Below, piece after piece: positions 11,280 to 23,360 of a stretch of 64,000 nucleotides of DNA (position 1 is its first letter; every line of letters begins with the position of its first letter). A model generated the notes under the pieces. That model saw only the letters and a program-made list of their open reading frames with translations. It had not been told where the DNA came from and did not search any database. The position numbers and the translations under genes are program-made. Where the stretch lies: the NCBI RefSeq assembly GCF_009914755.1, contig NC_060925.1; one strand, 5' to 3'. The DNA comes from the human T2T-CHM13v2.0 reference genome, Homo sapiens.

Positions 11280-11818
11280 GGAAGGGGGCTGGGCACGACA
11301 TGGCATCATACTCAGGAGCCTTCTTCACCAGCTCCTTGGGACAATGGAATATCCCAGGGTGGTGACAGCAGATGGAGCTACTTGGGGGAGAGCTCAAGTT
11401 GGTCAGGCAACAGCTGGGGTGATGGCCTGTGAGCCACAGGCCACATCAGGAACTTTCCCCACTGCCTCCATGCAAGGCTGCAGAGCTATGGTCCCTTTCT
11501 CCACTGCACTGGAGCTTTGAAGACCTAAGAGGCTAGTGGTTCCTGGAGCTAGTGGTTACCTGAACAGGTATGGCGATGAGCTACAACATCACCTGAGTCA
11601 CCAGAGTTGGGTTGGCAGAGGGGTGAAGGGTTCACCCCATTCCCTGACCCATCCATGCTCTTCCTGGCCTTTTAGCCCTGGGTTCCTCATGCCTTCCAGC
11701 TCTGCTCCTGGTCTACTCCTTAGCCCACACCCTGTGGGTCAGCAGCTGGCTTCCTTCTAACGTCTCATTCTTTGTTTCTCCCTTTCTTTTGCTGAACTCC
11801 CTGTCCCCCCAACCCCAG

Positions 11819-11874
11819 AAGGCAATGTTGAGCCGAAAGCGTGCGTCCCAGTGTCTCACACCTGTGCTCTTTAA
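11819..11874 (+). CDS. KCNC4: KCNC4 terminal exon option 2: (E)GNVEPKACVPVSHTCAL*
   Basis: Long pyrimidine tract then ccccAG|AAGGC; TAA at 11872-11874. Resembles the recalled rat Kv3.4 C-terminus EGSVEPKACVPVSHTCAL. Confidence 0.8.
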
Positions 11875-11880
11875 ACACAG

Positions 11881-11942
11881 AGACCTGCCAAGACGCCCTC
11901 TCGTCCAACTATGCCCAGGCTGAAGTCCTCACCCTCTCTTAA
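11881..11942 (+). CDS. KCNC4: KCNC4 terminal exon option 3: (E)TCQDALSSNYAQAEVLTLS*
   Basis: Acceptor ctctttaaacacAG|AG in phase 1; TAA at 11940-11942. Paralogous to the Kv3.2a (DNCKEVVITGYTQAEARSLT) and Kv3.1b ([21 protein letters not shown]) tails. Confidence 0.88.
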
Positions 11943-13000
11943 AGCGGCACCAACGTGAGAGAGACAGGCAGACAGACAGAAAGCCAGAGGCTTAGGGAAA
12001 CTCTGGAACCCAGACAAGAATCTTTTCGCTGGGAAAGACTCAGATATCCTTGTTTGCACAGGACTGGTGGAAAATCTCCCATGCGACCCTCGGGGCCCAG
12101 AGCCATCTGGGTCTGATGTTCTGTTCCATTGTACATCGAAGAGATATATATGCACATATAGTATCTATATTCATACATATTATACTCTTGTGTGTAGTGC
12201 ACGTGCTATTGGTGGTTTGTCTTCTTTGTTAGGCTGTGTCTCCCTAAGCCCTTGCCCCACCCAGAGTTTCCCGTCCCCTTCACTGATTTCTGTTGTTTCT
12301 GCTGACTGTGTGGGTGGAATGTCCCAAGAAAAGTGCATCTGGGAATTGCCAGTCCAGCTGGGTAGTCCCAGGCTCCTGTCTTGGGGATGTTTCCCCTGTC
12401 AGCAAGTAACCTGGTGAAGTCTATTGAAGGCCAGACTGCCCCCTAGGGTCACTGCTTCACTAGCCGCACCCCACCCCAGATTGGGGTTCTACCTCCCACC
12501 CCACATCCTCGTTGTGGGGGGACTTCCAGGGGCTCCTCTGCAGCCTCCTCCACTACTTCCTCCACCCCATCTATGTCCTTGACTTAGGGGGGCATTTTGT
12601 CTTTTTTAGATTTGATTTTGTTCTCTCTCCTTTGTCTGTTTGTTGTCAAAGATGCTGCTGGGCAGACAGGCAGGGAAAGGATCTGTCTGCCCATCTGGCC
12701 CAGGGGGTCCGAGAAGGGAAGCCTTGGGCAAGAGGAGACCAGTTGCAATACTGTACTTCCTGGTCAGTGGCCAGAGGATGCGTGCAATAGCAGAGGCCAG
12801 GTGACCCCTTCAGCCTTGGCCTCTGCCCCTCCCTTGGCCCTCCCTCCCTGCTCCTCCCTGGTGTTGGTCAGTCCTTTTCTAAAGCTGTCCCCTCGTGTGT
12901 GTCTGGGGCATGCCCAGGCTGGGCCCTGTGCCCTGTCTGCATGCCTCCAACTGTCATGCTGTGCTCGAGCCCCAATAAAGACATCTGGAGCATCCTGCTG
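11943..13000 (+). other. KCNC4: KCNC4 common 3' UTR
   Basis: Repeat-free sequence after the last stop with an AU-rich block (12130-12220) and miRNA seed matches, ending near a poly(A) signal. Confidence 0.8.
12974..12979 (+). terminator. Polyadenylation signal of KCNC4
   Basis: AATAAA followed ~30-70 nt later by GU/U-rich sequence (ctgctgtgtg, ctctgtgtct). Confidence 0.8.
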
Positions 13001-13592
13001 CTCCTGCTGTGTGAGCACCTGCCTCTGCCTCTCCTTTCTGGCTCTGTGTCTATTGGGACCTCCTGGGGCTCTCACCCCTGACACCTGAGGAGTGCACACA
13101 CTCAGCATAACCCCACTCCAGCAGGAATCATCAGTGTGGCCTGACCCCTGCATTTTACAGGGAGAGACTAGTGCTCAGAGAGGGCAAGTCATCTGCCCAA
13201 AGCCACACAAAGAGGACTAACCCAGGACCCCGAGACCCAAACAGTGTTCTAATATCCACTGCTGTCCCCAAGCCCCTGCCATAACATGGAAGAAAAGACT
13301 GTTCTTTGTTTAAGGAATTCCACTGCATTCCGTTTGTGCAGGGGGCCTCCCCTCCTCCCTGCAATTGTACCAGTTCTAAATGGGCCAAGACCCTGGGGAC
13401 GCCAAAGTTATTGGCTGGATGGCTGATGAACTGAGGCCAACTAGAGACTGGTGGCACAACTGGGGACCACTTAGGGATGGAGAGTGAACACATCCTGGGC
13501 CTGGATAGGACGGGGAGATGGTGAGTGATGGTCAGACGTGGCCCTTGGCTCTCACTGTTGTTATCCCTCTCACGTTCACATAGGGGCACACG

Positions 13593-13740
13593 CAGGGCCA
13601 GCTTCATGGGTGTGCAACCTGTGCAGCCACTCAGAAGGGCCCCATGCTGGGTTTAATGCTTGGCTGTCACCATCATGAAATTAATAATGGTTGAACAGGG
13701 GCCCTGCGTTTCCATCTTGCACCAGGCTCTGGCGGGTCTG
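13593..13740 (+). mobile_element. MER91A-like hAT-Tip100 element
   Basis: cagggccagcttcatgggtgtgcaacctgtgcag...ctcagaagggcccc...gtttaatgct...gaacaggggccc. Confidence 0.75.
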
Positions 13741-14769
13741 GTTGCCTGCTTGCCTCTCCTTATTCTTGTCTTACTCCTCACTCTTACTCTGGGCATCTGT
13801 GTAGGACCATAGGGGCCTCAATTCAAAGTCTTGCTTTGCTGCTTGCTAGCTGGGTGACTTGGGGGTGACTCACCGAAATGGTTTCCCTGTTTGTTAGGGA
13901 ATAATGATGGCCCCTGTTTCAGAGACAGAGTGAAGAGCCTGGCCTGGTGTCATGTGTCTACCTGTGATATGACATATAGTAGCGGCACAGTGTCAGCTCC
14001 CTCCCTGCCCTGTTCCTGTCACTCTCAGACTTTTCTCCACAGACTTCTGAGATCTCCGTGTCCAGCTGCACCAAGAAAGGACAAGAACACACCCGGGAGC
14101 TGTCTTGGGCAGTGTAGAACAGCAGGGTGAGGACGGAATGGCCGAGGAGAGGGAAGAAGCCAGGGGAAGCCTGTTCCTGAAGTGTAAGGAAAGATCGGGC
14201 TTGGAGCCTGGGCCAGCCGAGGCAAGGGGGTGGCAGGCAGCCAGTGTCAATTAAAGATAAAATTTCTCCTCCGGTAGTGGAGGGCAAACAGTGGCTGTGG
14301 CCCCCCTAGACAGGAGAAAGCCATTTGCAGCCAGGCTGGCCTTGGAAAAGCTTGGCCAGGCGATAATGGGACGGGATGCGCTGCTGACTCCATAATGATA
14401 TTACGCATCAGGGCCCACGGCCAAAGTGGCTGTTTTTTCTGTAGATCGATGTGGAACCATTTCATGGTCAGGGGCTGAGAACCCAGCCAGCAGCAGGGGT
14501 ACTAGATGCCAGAGTGGTCCTGAGGGGACTGAAGGGGTGGCAACTGGGGTCCCCAGTGACCGTTTCAGGCTGCTGGAAGAGGAGGGGGCAGTGTGCAGGA
14601 GGGTGGAGGGGTGGACGAGAGAAGCAGCAGACTGCCCCTCCTCCCCACCTCACAGAAACAGCAGGCCGTGCTGTCAAGGAAGAAAGGGCTCTGGCTTCCT
14701 CCTGTTCCCCAAAGCTGGAGTCGAGCCCAAGGTAGGGAGCTGGTTAAAAGAACAGGACATTGTTTAAAA

Positions 14770-14990
14770 GAATAAGACAGACTTTTGAAGTCAGGCAGAC
14801 TTGGGTTTGAGTCCTGACTCCATCACTTCCTTGTTGTGTGACCCTGGGCAAGTTACTCAGCCTCTGTGAACGTCTATTTCCTCATCTTTTAAATGTAGTA
14901 TCTGCCTGAGGCCGTGTCTCTCTCATTGAGCCATGAGGAGAAATGAGTCGGCGCCTGTAAAGCCTCGCGCACAGTGCCTAGCACATAACC
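14770..14990 (+). mobile_element. MIR SINE
   Basis: ttttgaagtcaggcagacttgggtttgagtcctgactccatcactt...tgtgtgaccctgggcaagttactcagcctctgtg. Confidence 0.8.
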
Positions 14991-15994
14991 ATTGCTAGAG
15001 GGAGAGGGGAGTATTTTGGGGCAACTCACTCCAGTAACAGATGACCAGTTTGGTTTGATGACCTCACTTTTCAGTGAATCAGCCTCATTTCAGTGAAGTC
15101 CTTAGTCCTTATCTCCTTGTGAAGGAATAAGAGGGGATGATTATACCTAACAGCGAACATTTATTGAGTGCTGGGCAGTACATTTCATGCTTATAAAGAT
15201 GCATTCCAAGATTGATGTTATCCTTACCTTTGTTTTACGAGGAGAAAACCAACACAACAATGTCAGGTCATTTCTCCAAAGTCACACAGCCATTAAGTAG
15301 CAAAGCTGGGATTCAAACTCAGTCTGGCTCTGTGGGTCCAATGCTTAGCCACTCTCTGAACTGAGTGGGGCTTGTGAGTCATAACCTCCAGTGTAGGAGT
15401 TTGTGCTTTTAGTGTTATTTCCTTAACTGCAATTGATTCTCATAGCAAAGGTATTGTTTTCCCCTTTTACAGATAAGAAACCAAGGCTTGGAGAAGTGAA
15501 TCATTAAACTCACTCTCCCTTTTACGTGTATGTACCCCACCCCACACACACATAAAGCGAGGAGGAATGTCCTCTTGGGATTCATTCATTAATTAGCAGC
15601 AGGCAACACCCAGCTCAGTGACTGCTTGGTTCCTTCCCTCTGCGACCCCACTGGAGTTTTATTCTCTGACGCACAGAAGTGGGTAAGTGGGGGTAGGACT
15701 GCTCTGGAACCCAAGTTACATGAGGAGTGGCTCAAGCTGGAGAAGTCTTGGAAACCTGATCCCAACTACCAGGTGTTTAAAGGGTACCTGTGGGGAAGTG
15801 GGTTTAGATTCTTCTCTGATTGCAGAGAGCAGATCCGGAAATAATAGGTGGAAATGTTAGGAGGGCAGATTGGGTTTAAATTTTAAAAAATCTTTTTTTA
15901 ATGAAATTTTTGATTTGTAATTTTTGTGGGTACATAGTAGGTATATATAAGAACCTTATTTTCTGTTGTTTCCCTTGCTATTATAAATTTATTA

Positions 15995-16351
<357 letters not shown>

Positions 16352-18029
16352 TCAGTCCCACTTTCCTCCCCAGAGGTGACATGGTTAACATCTGGTGTGG
16401 GTCCTCCCAGGCTTTTTGGAAAAAAAAAAAACTTTCTAACAAAATTACCAAATCAAAATGGGTTTCCCTGCGGGGTAGTGAAGTTCCCTTCCCTGAAAAT
16501 GTTTGGAGACACAGTGGATGATCATGTGCTGCACCAGGGTTCGTGGGAAGTATTTCTGCTCGGCGTGGGAGGTGGAATTAGAAGACTGTTTCCAATCCTA
16601 AGACTTTCTGACTCACGTGGCACACACAGCTAGTTAGTGGTGGAGGCAGGTCCAGAACACAGGTATTCAGATGGGGTTCAGATGAACTCCTTTCCTAGCA
16701 AGATTTTCCTTAAATTCTTCTCTGCCTCTTCCCAGCCCATCAGGGATATAGGGCAGGGCAGAGAGACATCTGTGTCTCCTCTAGTCTGGAGCGAGGGGAG
16801 TGTCCTGGGCCTGGGTTGTGATGCCATCCAGTGCCCACCCTCGTGGGGATCCTGTGGCATTATTGCAGTGAGCACTTTCTTTCCGTTCCTGGCTCCAAGC
16901 CCTGTGTGTGCATACACTGGTACCCACACAAGAGGTAGCACGTGAGCTGGCTCAGTCACTTGGGGCTGTGGTAACCGCATTCAAAATGCAGCATCATGCT
17001 AAAGAGCCGCTGGGGACTCTGGGGACAAGGCTGTCTCCGACCCAGCTTTAGGGGGTGAGGAGAGGGAGCCAAACGGCTACAGCTGCAAGTCAAAGAGGTC
17101 AGAGGCCTTCTGATGTTGGCACTGGAAGCCTCTCCTTTCTTTCCCCACAGGTTATGGGGGCTTCTCCACTCCCCGCTCTTATTTGCCTGCTTCTCCAGGG
17201 ATCCCTAGAAGAGCAGTGGTTAGCAAGCATATGCTATAGCCATCAAATACGAGTCTACAGAAATGTAGGCTTCCCCTTGGGGCTGAGTTAGGGCCTCTGC
17301 TTCTGAAATGAGCAACCTCTGGTTGCTGGTGGGGGCTAGGGCTTGCTCCCTTTCTCTCCTCACATACTCTTTCCTGGGTGACCTCATCCCCTCCCATTGC
17401 CTTAAACATCTTCCAGGTACTGGTGTCATCCACTTGTGTAGTTCCAGTTCAGAAATCCCGTCAGCTCCATTCATTCATTTGTTCATTCATTCAGCAAACA
17501 TATGTGGCATCTCTGTCCCAGGTACTGCTCTACAACCTGGGTGTACAATAGGGACCCAAACAGACACTCCCTTCCCCATGCACTCCCTGCTCACAGACAC
17601 ACCTGCGTGGCAGTGCCTGGGTGTCTTCACAGCTCCCTGATGCCGAGCTATGATCCCACCCTTCTGCCTCCCTGGTCCCCCTCAGCGTGCTGCCACCATT
17701 CACCTTGAGGCTGAGATAGATGTTGTCAAAACCACCCTCTCATTCCTTAATTCACTCACTCATTTTTCGTGCATTAAATCTTTATTAAACACCTGTGAAC
17801 TCTGTCCTCAGGGAAACAATGGTGAACAAGACCAACAGGATCCCTGCCCTCATGGGACTTACATTCTAATCAGGGAGAGAGGCCAGAAGACCAATAGATA
17901 AAAAATATCTCCCACCCGTATTCCAACCTATTACCAAGTTCTACATTTCTAGCTCTGCAGGAGCCTCCTCCCAGGTCTCCCTGGGTCCCATCTGCCCTTC
18001 TGCCACCAGTCTCCACCCAGTCACCAGAG

Positions 18030-18565
18030 AGAGAGCTTCTTAAAATGGAAACTGGATCAGATCATGTCACCCCTGCTTAGAACCCTGTCAATGGCTGGGT
18101 TCCCACTTCGTGTACAATCCAGACTCCTTAGGAGGGCCTGTGATGCCCTGCTGCTCCTCATGGCCTTCCTGCCTCCGCAGACCTATTCATGCCCCTGCTC
18201 TCAGCCCCTGAGACCAGCAGCTCACTTTCCTGTCAGTTTCCCACACATCCCCAGCTCTCTCACCTTCAGTGTTTTTCCACTTGCTTTTCCCTCACGGGGA
18301 CCACTTCACCCCAGTCCAGCCCCACCCCACCTCCTTCTCTTGGCTGAGAAGGCCTGGCTGTAAATTTCACTTTCTTGGTGAGGCGTTTTCCCCTCACACA
18401 TCCACGCCCCTCTGCCTCTGTCAGTTTCCATCACTGCAGCCAGTGCATTTTCTTCATGGTACTTACAGTCCTTTGTAACTATGAATTGTGTATTGCCTGC
18501 TTCCCTGTAAGTTGCTAGGGCCTATAGGGGCTCGGTAAATATTTTATGAACAAATGAATGAATGG
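18030..18565 (+). mobile_element. L2 3' fragment
   Basis: cttaaaatggaaactggatcagatcatgtcacccctgcttagaaccct...ctcggtaaatattttatgaacaaatgaatgaatg (L2 GAAT tail). Confidence 0.65.
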
Positions 18566-21500
18566 GCTGGAGATAGGCCTGGCATGAGCAGCTGCTGAAC
18601 TCCATCCTCTCTTATTCCTCGCAAGCTGTCTCCAGCTGGCTTTTGCACCTCATTTCTAGGGCATTCCTGGGAGTCCTTGGGGAATAACATGAACGCTCTT
18701 CTTTTTACATTATGCATTTCCTGCCTGAGAAACTGTCAGAATAATGAGGAAGCCTTGGAGAGAGAGTTCCCATAGCCCTTCCTCTCTCTTCCTTTTAGAA
18801 CCTACCATTTTCTACCTGGTACTTTTTGGTACTTGTCAAATTCCCCTTCCCACAGTGGCGAGTTGCTCAGAGGTGCTGGTTCATCCCAGCTCCCACTCGA
18901 GGGCCTAGCTTAGTGGTCCATGCAGAGTAGGTGCTCAGCGAAATGTTGAAGTGAATGAAGGATATGGTGAGAAAGGAAGCAATGAGTAAGAAGGAAGAGT
19001 GAGAAGGAAAGAGGAAGAGGAGGGAGGGGCAAAGGGGTTGATGAAGAGTGAAGAAGCAGAGGGAGGGAAGTGAGGTCAGGGAGTGGGAAACGGGGAAAGA
19101 GAACCCTGGCCCGGTGTCCACCTCAAGCCAGCACCCTACCCCACTCCTTCCAGTCTTCCTGGACTCGGAGCCTCCCAGGCCTGCCCCAGCCTTAGGTGGG
19201 ACAGCAGGGTTCCTCCAGCCTGCCACTGACACCAAGGGCACCCTGAACTCAGCTCAGACCCCAGGCTGCCCGGAGCAGGAGAGACTGCTCCTGAAGAGAC
19301 TTCTGCAGGGACGAGAGCCCAGGATTCCTTAACCTGAGGCCCAGCTCCATCCCTGAGATCCCTAGAGACTCCCCTCAGCTCCCCTCCCCTCAGCTCCTCA
19401 TATTGAGCCCCTGATCCAAGGACGATTAACTCCAAATCCAGCATCAGTGATCAAATGTTCATAGCAAACAAAGGAAAACAAACACCACCTTTCCTCCTTG
19501 CCTCAGCCCTGGGGCCCCAGAGGCTTGGCTCAGAGACAGGTGCCCTGCCTCCTCCCCACGCCCGGCACAGGCCTGCCAGCTGCCCCTCGAGAAGACCAGG
19601 GGCCAGCCTCAGAGGCCCGGAGGATCTGTTCCCAGAGTAGCTGTTGCCACGGTGACCCTCCCTGGGGTGGTGGCTCCTAAGCTGCCATGGGAGGCAGAGC
19701 TGTGCCACTACCACGACGACCACCACCACCACCAGGGCTGCCACCACAGCAAAGCTGCTCCTGGGGCCTCCCTCCTAGTTAGGCTGCCGAGAGACCAGTC
19801 TGTGCTATCCTCTCACCATGCCAGGCAGCCACAGTACCAGGGAACAGGAGTCACAATCAGCCCCCTTCCAACACCCCGGCAGCATCCCGCTGTCTGCCCC
19901 AGGACCCGCTCTTCCCCTGAGGGGATGACACTGCCCCCCTGGAAAATTGATTAGGGACCTCATTTCTGTCAGCACCCCACTAGAGATGGCAACCAGCTCC
20001 CAGGGCGCCTGGGGGCGGGATGTTGAGGGCAGCAGGGAGGTAAGAAGGCTCCAGTGATACCAGGCTCCCTCTGGGCCTCGGTGCTAGGTGGTGACAAGCT
20101 GGGTTTCCCTGGACAGGACTGGAAAGTTGCTCTCTAATACTCTCTATCTTTCTGCTTGGGTTCTTTCCCACCCCTGCCAGAGGCTCTTGCTAACTACTGT
20201 CCCCTTACATACTGGCACCTAAACATAAACACACATTTCCAGAGTCGTCCTGCTCTCTTCATTTTCTGACCTATGCACAAGAAAGTATTTTGTGTCAGTC
20301 ATCAGCACTCTAGTATGAATTTAGGGTCCATGTATATTTTATTTCCCAGGAGATAGGACTGTTGACCTTCTCTCAACTTGTGGAGTGACAGCCTTGTTCT
20401 CTGTGATAGGAAGTCCTAGCACCAGAGAGCTCCAAGCAGGATAGATAATTTTTTCGATTAGGAGAGGAAGAAATCCAAAACTTCCTGTGTGGGTCAAATT
20501 AGGGGCCAGAGCTCTACAAGGAATTCTGGCCTGACTCCAATTAACAAAGAAGGACGTGGAGCACAAAAGAGAAATCCAAAGTGATATGCAATGGAGGCTG
20601 CCTCTGTCTGGAAGATCTTCCTGCTCCTTGTGCTCCCCTCTTACATTCTACTATTGTGTCCTCAGCCTGGCAAACTCTTACTCATCCCTCAAGGCCCACT
20701 CAACTGTCACCTCTGAGAATCCTTCCTGGGCTCTCCCAGGTAGAATTCCTCTGTCCTTTATGCTCTCACAGAACCTTGAATATTCCTCCATTATAGCACT
20801 TACTGCAGTGATAACTTGTTGCTTGTTTACTCATTTATGGATGCTTTCCTTATTAATGTTTTTACCTCCAGCCCCTGCTCAGTGGTCAGGAGCTCAAAGG
20901 TGAACAAAGGAATGAGTGAATGAGTAAGGAGTGAATGAATTAGCTGCCCTCTGCTGACTTCTGCCCTTCACCCCTGTCATTCTAGTCCATGGTTGGGTTG
21001 TAAGATTTGTCCAGAATAATTATCCGGGATGCTGGACCTCTCACTCTGCCATCCCACCACCATGTGCCAGCCAAGTCTCCTCTCACCCACGCCACCCTCA
21101 CCATCAGTACTCCCTTCCAAAGTTCCCCATTTCCCCTCAACTCTCCAGGCTTCAGCCATCTGGGCCTTTCTTTCCTGATGTTAGTAGCTTCAATTTACAT
21201 CACAGTTAACTTGGAACAGCGGGGGGGCTATATCCTGGGTCCTTTCTCCCTCCGTCTGCTTCCTTCTCAGTCTTCATTAGTGGTGTTCTGTGAGCCTCCC
21301 ACCCACCCCAACTCTCCGAGTGCTAGTTAGGTGCTCAGGTTTGTGCTCTTGGATGAAACTCCTGCTACATAAGTGGACATAGAAAAAGAGGCTGGCAAGG
21401 GTTGTTTCCAGAGGGGTCTGAGCCAATCCCACGCTATTGCTGGGCTTGAGGTTCCACATCTGTGAATGGGAATTAAGCTTCCCCTGCCTTCATCCAAGGT

Positions 21501-23182
21501 GGGATGATAATTAAATGAGAGTGGATGGATGGGTCCTTTGGAACTCCTGAAGCACCACTGGAGGCAAGGGATTATCATTCTTCTGGCTTTCTCTCTGTCG
21601 AGGACTTGGGTGTTCCTCCAGAGTCAGAGGGCAGGTGCCTCTGGAAGGTATAATAGCTAACGTGGATTGAGTGTTTACGACCAGCCCAAGCACCCTACAT
21701 GGCTTAATGGATCAGAGCAGCCCCAGGAGGTAAGGGCTCTTTTTATCACTCACATTTTACAGGTGAGGAAACTGGAGAGTAATTTGATGGAGATCTCACA
21801 GATAGATTTCACAGGCGATTTTGACCATGCTTCTACACTGGCTCTGTGGCCAGCCCCTTGGCACCAGCACCACCACTGCCATCGATTTCTGGTCCACGGC
21901 CAGATTGCTAATTCTGGCTCCACTGGCTTTGCCACTTGTGAGCTGCGTGACCTTGGGCAAATGACTTAACCTTTCTAAGCATGGTCTGTGAAATGGAGAG
22001 AAGGAAACATCTCCAGATTTTGCCCAGAGGAGTAAATGGAGGTGGGATATGTGAAGTGGCTCTAGACCCAGGCAGTAAACAGTGCTCAGTGTGTGTCCTT
22101 CCCTATTGACACTGACAGACCCTGCCTGGCAGGCCTGAGCACAACAGAAGCACTAGAAGTCCTTTTCCAGAAATTCCTTGCTAGGGCCTCTCACTGTGGA
22201 CTGAGAGGATGGAGGCAGGTCCAACTCGAGGCAGGGCCTTGGGACACCAGTGCTCATGAGACAACTCACTGTCATGACCATTTCCGCCTTAGCGACCCAG
22301 AAGTGGTGACACCTGTGTGCTTGCTTCCCGAAGCAGTGAGAAGCCAGACGGAGACCCACACAGCTGCTGGCTCTAAAGGCTGCTCCCTGCACGTGGGCAC
22401 CTCAGCCCCACCTTCCATTCCTCTCTCTAACCTGCTTCCCGGACCTGCTGGGGCCAGGAGCTGCCCCAAGTCCTTTCCACACACACCTGTGAGCTCCTGG
22501 GAATGAGATTAAAGGAGGCAGGGAGGTGAGAGGAAGCACAGGGGAAGACTGAAAGCAGATCTCAGAAGCTGAGAAGAGGAAGATGAAGAGGAGGAAGAGG
22601 GAGAAGGGAGAGTGGCAGAGAGAGGAGCAGTAGCCCGCGGAGCAGGGAGAGAAAAAGCAGGCAGGGAAGGGGGAGGGGTAGAGGAGGGGAAGGAGGAGGG
22701 CCTGCACCCGGCTGTGGGCAGAGGCTGCGGGGCCTAAAATGAACCGAACAGGCTGGAAATAGAACAGCTGGGCAAACCCCAAACGCTTTGTTTGGGTGTC
22801 TGCTGAGCAAGCACGTGAATGAGAAGAAAGGGGCAACAATGCAAGGCAGAAGTGGCTCATTTCACTCTGGAGGCAGGTCAGAACAAGAGGCATGTGTTCC
22901 AGTCCAGCACAGATTAGTCGGGGTTCTTTTTCCGGGATGTTTTCTTTACGTAATCATTATTTTTCACAGGCTGGCTTGGTGGCGGGATTAGCCTGACGCC
23001 ACCCCATCCTTGGCAGGTGGAAGGTTTGGGTTACTTTGAGACCAAGACCACTCTGGGTTCTTATTCTAACTGTGGATGCCACCGGCTTCGGGAGAAGAGA
23101 TCTTAATCCACTTTCTAAATGGAGGTTTAGGAATCTAAGCTGTGTAATGGAATACTATTTCCCTTATTAGAACAAACCCTAA

Positions 23183-23360
23183 CTCGGGTGCGGTGGCACA
23201 CGTCTGTAGTCCCAGCTACTCAGCAGGCTGAGATGGGAGGATGGCTTGAGCCCAGGAGTTTGAGGTTGCAGTGCACTATGATGCACCTCTAAATTAGTCA
23301 CGGCACTGCAGCCTGGGCAACATAGCGAGACTCTGTCTAAAAATAATAATAATAAAAAAA
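23183..23360 (+). mobile_element. FAM (fossil Alu monomer)
   Basis: Single 7SL-derived monomer retaining the FAM-type segment gtgcactatgatgcacctctaaattagtcacggcactgcagcctgggcaacatagcgagac; A-rich tail; flanking aacaaa(a)ccc repeat. Confidence 0.75.

Noticed and set aside
19652-19954. His-rich ORF (HYHDDHHHHQGCHH)
   Set aside because: Arises from a short (CAC/GAC)n simple repeat; no splice or domain support.
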